NCBI GenBank assembly: GCA_037443265.1 | Contig: JBBIOR010000013.1 | Span: 1-12,091, forward strand | From: Candidatus Fraserbacteria bacterium | GTDB lineage: Bacteria > Bipolaricaulota > Bipolaricaulia > RBG-16-55-9 | DNA: 12,091 nucleotides | Direction of reading: 5' to 3' | In this document: one piece after another, positions 6,754 to 12,091 of the stretch | Layout: each line of letters starts with the position of its first letter | Numbering within the stretch: position 1 is the stretch's first letter | Notes under the pieces: model-generated | Database searches by the model: none | What the model was told of the DNA's origin: nothing | Seen by the model: only the letters and a program-made list of their open reading frames with translations | Made by a program: the position numbers and the translations under genes

Positions 6754-6938
6754 TGTCGCCGAGTTCCTGTGGCATTCTCCTGCTCAGCGGCATCGATTTT
6801 CCCTACGCGACATCGGCTTCTACTCCAGAGGATATCCGCTCGGCGACATAAGCCCATAGATGAGAGTGGGTTTCGGCCTCCCAGCTCTCGCTGGGGTAGT
6901 TGATGCTGCCTCCGCGCCGGGACCCAAGGAGGGAAGCA
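6754..6938 (+). promoter_or_regulatory. Structured 5' leader, candidate riboswitch or translational attenuator of unrecognised class
   Basis: 10-bp stem 6754-6763/6839-6848. Hairpins 6850-6873 and 6879-6896. Alternative hairpin 6862-6889. Anti-SD CCTCC (6909-6913) is complementary to SD GGAGG (6928-6932). Confidence 0.55.
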
Positions 6939-8573
6939 ATGAGAAAGATCATGGCGGGCGCCTTGGGCGAAGACGCCCACGTGGCAGGCGTGGCGAATTT
7001 TTTGAGACTGGCTGAGGAAGTGGGCTGGCAGACGGTCTATCTCGGCGCGGCCGTCTCCGTAGATGAATTCATTCGAGCGATTCACCAGCACGACCCACAG
7101 CTGGTGGCCGTAAGCTACCGCCTGACGCCCGAGACGGGCGAGGCCCTTCTCAAACAATTCATCGAGGCCGTCCAGTGCGAAAACTTGCAAGACAGACGCT
7201 TCGTCTTCGGCGGGACGCCGCCCCTTGCGGAAGGAGCTCGCCGGCTAAAATTCTTTGAGCGTTGCTTCTCCGGAGAAGAGACTCTGGATGAAGTGATCGC
7301 CTATCTGCGGGGACAGCTGCGCGAGGGAGCTTCGGAAGAGGATTACCCGCAGACCTTCATGGAGCGGCTCAAATGGAAGGCCCCCTACCCGCTCATCCGC
7401 CATCACTTCGGCCGCCCCACCCTCGAAGAGACTGAAGAAGGCATAAAGAAGATTGCAGACGCCATGGTCATCGACGTGATCTCTTTAGGAATCGATCAGG
7501 ACGCCCAAGAGAACTTCTTCCATCCCGAGAGACAAGACCCGCGGCGCAAGGGGGCAGGTGGCGTGCCCGTGCGCTCCGCCGAAGACTATCGCCGGCTCTA
7601 TCAGGCCAGCCGCCGCGGAAATTTCCCGCTTATGCGCGTCTACTCCGGCACCGATGACCATCTGAAGCTCGCCCAGCTCTATGTCGAGACCATCAACAAT
7701 GCCTGGTGCGCGACTTCGATCTTCTGGTTCAACCAGCTGGATCGTCGCGGACCATTAGGGCTGGAAGAATCCATAAGAGTCCATCAAGAGCTGATGCGAT
7801 GGCACGGCGAGCGCCATATTCCCGTAGAAGTCAATGAGCCACATCACTGGGGGATGCGCGATGCCCCTGACGTGATCTACGTCGTCGCCAGTTTTCTGTC
7901 GGCCTACAACGCGAAAAAGATGGGCGTGAGAGATTATATCGCCCAGTATATGTTCAACAGCCCCAGCGGGCTCTCGGATCGCATGGATCTCGCCAAAATC
8001 TTAGCGTGCATTGAACTGGCCGAGGCCCTGGCCGATGAGAATTTTAGAGTCTATCGTCAGACACGCACGGGGCTGCTGAGCTACCCCGTCAATCCCGCGC
8101 TCGCCAAGGGGCATCTTGGAGCTTCCGTCTATTTGCAGATGGCTGTCAAGCCCCATATTGTGCACGTGGTCGGCTTCCCGGAGGCCCATCACGCCACCAC
8201 GGCCGAGGAATTGATCGAAAGCTGCAAGATCGCCCGCAGAGCAATCGAGAACGCCCTGCGAGGAGCCCCGGACATGACGGCCGATCCGGCCGTGCAGCAG
8301 CGCAAGCGTCAGCTCGTCTCGGAAGCGAAAGTGACGCTGGAAGCCATTAAGCGCATCTCCGAGCCCGGCGTGCGAGACCCTTGGATCGATCCGGCCACGC
8401 TTGCCCGAGCCGTGCAGCTGGGCATCCTCGATGCGCCTCATCTCAAGGGACATCCTCTGGCGAAGGGACAGATCGTCACGCGGATCATCGATGGCGCGTG
8501 TGTGGCCGTCGAGCCCCAAACCGGAAAGCCCGTCTCTGAGGAAGAGCGCCTCAAGGCCCTGGGGGTGTTCTGA
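6939..8573 (+). CDS. Cobalamin-dependent enzyme: B12-binding domain fused to a glutamate-mutase-E-like TIM barrel (544 aa)
   Basis: N-terminal Rossmann B12-binding domain with base-off/His-on motif DAHVAG (6972-6989)...SYRL...FGGT. The C-terminal ~400 aa are colinear with GlmE/MutE as recalled (e.g. NFPLMRVYSGTDDHLKLAQ; SYPVNPALAKG...HIVHVVGFPEAHHATTAEE). Start placed at ATG 6939 behind SD AAGGAGGG (6926-6933). Confidence 0.8.
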   Translation: MRKIMAGALGEDAHVAGVANFLRLAEEVGWQTVYLGAAVSVDEFIRAIHQHDPQLVAVSYRLTPETGEALLKQFIEAVQCENLQDRRFVFGGTPPLAEGARRLKFFERCFSGEETLDEVIAYLRGQLREGASEEDYPQTFMERLKWKAPYPLIRHHFGRPTLEETEEGIKKIADAMVIDVISLGIDQDAQENFFHPERQDPRRKGAGGVPVRSAEDYRRLYQASRRGNFPLMRVYSGTDDHLKLAQLYVETINNAWCATSIFWFNQLDRRGPLGLEESIRVHQELMRWHGERHIPVEVNEPHHWGMRDAPDVIYVVASFLSAYNAKKMGVRDYIAQYMFNSPSGLSDRMDLAKILACIELAEALADENFRVYRQTRTGLLSYPVNPALAKGHLGASVYLQMAVKPHIVHVVGFPEAHHATTAEELIESCKIARRAIENALRGAPDMTADPAVQQRKRQLVSEAKVTLEAIKRISEPGVRDPWIDPATLARAVQLGILDAPHLKGHPLAKGQIVTRIIDGACVAVEPQTGKPVSEEERLKALGVF

Positions 8574-10070
8574 ATGTGCGGCATCGTCGGCTGCTTTCAG
8601 CTTGAGAGAGGGAAGCCTTCGCCCCCCGTCCCCGCTGAGCTTTTGTTGGCAGAGATCCAGCATCGCGGGCCGGATGATGTGGGCTTTCATCGCAGCGGGC
8701 GAGGCGTGCTCGCCCAGACGCGCCTCGCCATCATCGATGTAGCCCATGGACACCAGCCCTTGAGCAACGAAGATGAGCGCCTATGGATTGCCTACAACGG
8801 GGAGATCTATAATTTTAAAGAGCTTCGCGAGACGCTGCGTGGATGCCATGAGCTGAAAACCCGCAGCGACACGGAAGTCGTCTTGCATCTCTTTGAAGGC
8901 GAAGGCCCAGATTGCCTCAAGCGTTTCGACGGCATGTTCACGCTGGCCATCCTCGACGGCGATGAGCTGTTTCTCGCGCGCGATCCCCTGGGGGTGAAGC
9001 CTCTCTATACGGCTGAGCGCGACGGCTGGCTTTACTTTGCCTCGGAGATGAAAGCCCTTTTGCCCCTAGCAGCTCACATCGAAGAATTTCCCCCAGGGCA
9101 CTGGTTCCACAGCCGTCATGGCTTTCGCCCGTACTTTGAGCTTAAGCGCTGGATTGCGGAGAGTGAGCCGCCAGCCGACCCGCTGCGCGCCTTACGAGAA
9201 ACCCTGGCCAGAGCCGTCGAGAAGCGCCTGGTGGCCGACGTGCCCGTGGGAGTCTTTCTAAGCGGTGGCTTAGATAGCAGTCTCGTAGCCGCACTCATGC
9301 GCCCTCATGGGGATGAGCTGCACTCGTTCTCCGTGGGGATGCCCGGCAGCCTCGATCTCGAATATGCGCGCCGGGTCGCTGAATTTTTAAATACAACACA
9401 TCACGAGCGCGTCTTTACCGAACAAGAGATGCTCGCCGTTCTACCACGGGTCATCTATCATCTGGAGTCGTGCGATTTTGCTCTCGTGCGCAGCGCGATT
9501 GCGAATTATTTCGTCGCCCAGCTGGCAAGCACTCTCTTAAAAGTCGTGCTGGTGGGTGAGGGCTCCGATGAGATCTTCGCCGGCTATCACTATCTGAAAG
9601 ACTTGAGCGAAGAAGAGCGCCTGAGAGAACTCTTCCGCATCACGCTGGCGCTTCACAACTCGAATCTTCAACGGGTGGATCGCATGACCATGGCCCATGG
9701 GCTGGAGGGCCGCGAACCCTATCTCGACCTCGAGCTGCTCAAAGTTGCCTTCAATATCCCGCTGGAGCTTAAGCAAAACGAAGGCGTGGAGAAATGGGCT
9801 TTACGCAAGGCCTTCGAGGGCTACCTGCCTGAGGAGGTGCTCTGGCGCACCAAGGAGAAATTCGCGCGCGGAGCAGGCTCGGCTCTGGTCTTTGAAGACA
9901 TAGCCGAGCGCGAGATCTCCGATGAAGAATTTGAACGCGCAAGAATGCTCTCTAACGGCACAAAGCTGCGCTCCAAGGAAGAGCTCTATTACTATCGCAT
10001 CTTCCGGCGGTTCTTCCCTGAATCTCTGGTGAGTTGTCTCGGCTGGACGGCCGCTCCGGAGAGGAGGTGA
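8574..10070 (+). CDS. asnB: Asparagine synthetase B family, glutamine-hydrolysing amidotransferase
   Basis: Ntn nucleophile MCGIVG; HRGPD, RLAIID, GHQPL and YNGEIYN motifs; PP-loop SGGLDSS; GEGSDEIFAGY; C-terminal SKEELYYYRIF. ATG abuts the upstream TGA. Confidence 0.92.
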   Translation: MCGIVGCFQLERGKPSPPVPAELLLAEIQHRGPDDVGFHRSGRGVLAQTRLAIIDVAHGHQPLSNEDERLWIAYNGEIYNFKELRETLRGCHELKTRSDTEVVLHLFEGEGPDCLKRFDGMFTLAILDGDELFLARDPLGVKPLYTAERDGWLYFASEMKALLPLAAHIEEFPPGHWFHSRHGFRPYFELKRWIAESEPPADPLRALRETLARAVEKRLVADVPVGVFLSGGLDSSLVAALMRPHGDELHSFSVGMPGSLDLEYARRVAEFLNTTHHERVFTEQEMLAVLPRVIYHLESCDFALVRSAIANYFVAQLASTLLKVVLVGEGSDEIFAGYHYLKDLSEEERLRELFRITLALHNSNLQRVDRMTMAHGLEGREPYLDLELLKVAFNIPLELKQNEGVEKWALRKAFEGYLPEEVLWRTKEKFARGAGSALVFEDIAEREISDEEFERARMLSNGTKLRSKEELYYYRIFRRFFPESLVSCLGWTAAPERR

Positions 10071-10079
10071 TCTTCAGGT

Positions 10080-11183
10080 ATGAAGAAGACTTGCTACACG
10101 GTGATCGGAGCCGGTCACGGCGGCAAGGCCATGGCGGCTCATCTGGCCTTGATGGGGTTCCCCGTCGTGCTTTACAACCGCACGGAATCCCACATTGAAG
10201 CGATCCGGGAGCGCGGGGGCATCGAGCTGGAGAGGTCCGACGGGCATCCGGGAGGCTTCGGCAGGCTTCAGTTGGCGACGGCCAACTTGGAAGAAGCTCT
10301 CGCCGAGGCTGAGATCGTCATGGTGGTGGTGCCCTCTTCCGCCCATCGCCAGCTGGCGGAGAAGTGCGCACCCTTCTTGAAAGACGGCCAGATCATAATC
10401 CTCCATCCCGGGCGGACATGCGGCGCGATCGAGTTCGCCAAGGTGCTCCGCGATCAGAAATGCCCAGCGGATGTGACCATTGCCGAAGCCGAGACGTTCA
10501 TCTACGCCAGTCGCTCCACGGGGCCAGCCCAAGCACGTATCTTCGGCATTAAACACACGGTTCCCCTGGCCGCGCTTCCGGCCAGTCGCACCCCTTCCGT
10601 GCTCAAGGCCATTGCCGACGCCTATCCCCAGTACATCGACGGCGGCAACGTCCTCAAGACAGGCTTAGATAACATGGGGGCGATCTTCCATCCGGCCCTC
10701 ACCATTCTCAATGCGGGCTGGATCGAGGCCACAGGGGGAGATTTTCAATTCTATATTGACGGTGTGACTCCTTCTGTGGCCCGAGTGCTGGAAGTGCTGG
10801 ATCGCGAGCGCGTCACGGTCGCCGCGGCCTTGGGCATCCAGGCCAAGACGGCTCTCGAATGGCTCCAGATGGCCTACGATGCGCGCGGCTCGGATCTCTA
10901 CGAGGCCGTCCAGAACAACCCCAATTACTATGGCATCAAGGCCCCCTCTACCCTGGAGCACCGCTACATTTTTGAAGATGTGCCCATGAGTCTGGTGCCC
11001 ATTGCGGCTTTGGGGGTGCGCTATGGGGTCTCCACGCGGGGGATGGAGGCGCTCATCAAGCTGGCCAGCATCATCCATCGCACGGACTATTGGCGTCGTG
11101 GGCGCACCCTCGATAAATTGGGCATCGAGAACTTAAGCGTTAGCGAACTCACCAGATACGTCATGGAGGGCCATCTGCCCTAG
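10080..11183 (+). CDS. NAD(P)-dependent opine (octopine/nopaline family) dehydrogenase
   Basis: Rossmann VIGAGHGG; AEAETFIYASR; LDNMGAIFHP (catalytic His) and RYIFEDVPMSLVP (catalytic Asp), as in Arthrobacter CENDH; YWRRGRTLDKLG tail. SD GAGGAGG immediately precedes the asnB stop. Confidence 0.9.
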   Translation: MKKTCYTVIGAGHGGKAMAAHLALMGFPVVLYNRTESHIEAIRERGGIELERSDGHPGGFGRLQLATANLEEALAEAEIVMVVVPSSAHRQLAEKCAPFLKDGQIIILHPGRTCGAIEFAKVLRDQKCPADVTIAEAETFIYASRSTGPAQARIFGIKHTVPLAALPASRTPSVLKAIADAYPQYIDGGNVLKTGLDNMGAIFHPALTILNAGWIEATGGDFQFYIDGVTPSVARVLEVLDRERVTVAAALGIQAKTALEWLQMAYDARGSDLYEAVQNNPNYYGIKAPSTLEHRYIFEDVPMSLVPIAALGVRYGVSTRGMEALIKLASIIHRTDYWRRGRTLDKLGIENLSVSELTRYVMEGHLP

Positions 11184-11224
11184 GATTCCATCCCCTCAGC
11201 TTCTCAACCTTGTTCTAGCGCCCT

Positions 11225-12091
11225 CTATCGCCCCCACAGCCAGTAGATATAGAGCGGCGTGAGGATGAACAGCAGCAGATTGAGGGGTGCCCCTACACGG
11301 GTGAAATCTAAAAATCTATAGCCGCCAGCTCCGTAGACCATCGTGTTCGTCTGGTAGCCCACAGGGGTCGAAAAGCTCGTCGAAGCCGCAAACATGATGG
11401 TCAGGATGACGGCTTTGGGGTCCAGCCCCAGCGTCTGGGCCGTGGCCGCCCCCACCGGCACCAAGAGCACCACCGTCGCGTTGTTCGAGATCAACTCCGT
11501 GAGCACCATGGAGAAGAGATAGAAGATCCAGAGCACGACGATGAGCGGAACATACTGGGCCGCCTGTGCGGCCAAATCGGCCAAGAGCTGCGCTCCGCCT
11601 GTCTTCTCCAGGGCGATCCCCAACGGGATCACCCCGGCCAACAGGAAGATCACATCCCAGCGGATCGACTCATGCAGCTCCGTGATCTTCAGACAACCCG
11701 TAAGCACCATGAGCACGCAGCCCTCAATGGCCGTCACCAAAATGGGCTGAATTCCCAAAGCCGCCACGAGGACCACTCCGGCGATAATGCCCACAGCCAG
11801 CGGGATCTTCTCCTTGCGAAAGACTTCCGCTTGGAGCTCCTCGGTGACGATGAAGTTAGGATCGAGCTTCAGGCGCGCGAGGGCCTCTTTGTGGCCTTGA
11901 AGCAGGAGCGCATCACCAAAGCCCAAGCGCACATTGTGCAGTCTTTCGCGAATGAGGGCCCCATGTTTTCTTATGGCCAGCACCGTGCAGCCGTAGCGGC
12001 TGCGAAAGTTCGTCTCAACCAGCGTGCCTCCGATGAGGCCAGGCTTCTGCCCACCAGCGGCGAATCTTCCAATACGACGACTTCGGTGAGG
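11225..12091 (-). pseudogene. SLC13/DASS-like permease with TrkA-C (RCK_C) domains, 3' part; apparent frameshift near 12037-12040; 5' end outside window
   Basis: C-terminal membrane domain with IRWDVIFLLAG, TELISNNAT and AASTSFSTPVGYQTN motifs. TrkA-C segment LIGGTLVETNFRSRYGCTVLAIRK..GDALLLQG. The upstream TrkA-C start LTEVVVLEDSPLVGRSLA is in a different frame that stops at TAA 11973-11971. Confidence 0.75.

Noticed and set aside
6686..6830. T-box-like words on the minus strand (AGTAG, AGGGA, GCTGAG, GAA; GGGTGAGACCG) upstream of the tRNA
   Set aside because: The antiterminator bulge reads TGAG rather than TGGN, stem I geometry does not work, and the segment is better explained by the HAMP relic and the + strand promoter.
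6818..6866. SAM-I riboswitch-like words (TCCAGAG...CGGCGAC...AGATGAGAG) in the leader
   Set aside because: Far too short, P1 cannot pair, and the kink-turn/pseudoknot and GGTGC elements are missing.
6754..6938. Cobalamin riboswitch, 6S RNA or SRP RNA as the identity of the leader
   Set aside because: No B12-box or GGGAA...GCCCCCGCAACTGT core. The 5' end pairs at 6839-6848 rather than with the 3' end as in 6S. No SRP GGAA tetraloop/helix-8 motif.
6900..6938. N-terminal extension MMLPPRRDPRREA in the ORF track
   Set aside because: The strong SD at 6926-6933 points to ATG 6939, where the B12-binding domain begins. The extension is leader RNA.
6939..8573. Methionine synthase or B12-dependent radical SAM annotation
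   Set aside because: No homocysteine-, pterin- or activation-domain motifs, no cap domain, and no CxxxCxxC.
8001..8753. 250-aa minus-strand ORF across the mutase/asnB junction, and similar antisense ORFs over the odh and CARDB genes
   Set aside because: They fully overlap well-supported genes on the other strand and have no motifs.
6474..12091. tRNA-anchored genomic island or prophage
   Set aside because: No integrase, no direct repeat of the tRNA end, and the operon's codon usage looks host-like.
1..12091. CRISPR array, IS element, rRNA
   Set aside because: No regularly spaced direct repeats, transposase motifs or rRNA-like sequence seen.

Overview
GC-rich bacterial window. The set of secreted PKD/CARDB/FlgD-type Ig-domain proteins is reminiscent of Bipolaricaulota/Acetothermia, but that assignment is an unverified impression. 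Left half: a secreted Cys-rich PKD-domain protein with atypical codon usage, a CopD/DUF4149-like membrane protein, and a CARDB/helical/FlgD-like secreted protein. The last of these is transcribed divergently, through two mirror-image promoters, from a run of a small hypothetical protein, leucyl aminopeptidase (pepA) and a lipoprotein. tRNA-Thr(CGT) follows on the minus strand. The most interesting part is 6720-11183. A near-consensus sigma70 promoter drives a ~185-nt leader that can fold into two mutually exclusive states (ribosome-binding site hidden or exposed) and matches no riboswitch I recognise. It precedes a tightly coupled three-gene operon: (1) a single-chain cobalamin enzyme resembling fused glutamate mutase S and E subunits but apparently lacking the glutamate-binding residues, (2) an AsnB-type amidotransferase, and (3) an opine (octopine/nopaline-family) dehydrogenase. 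This is a candidate undescribed B12-radical pathway for an amino-acid-derived metabolite. The window ends in an SLC13/TrkA-C permease that appears to carry a frameshifting internal deletion. All family calls come from motif recognition by eye; no searches were run.
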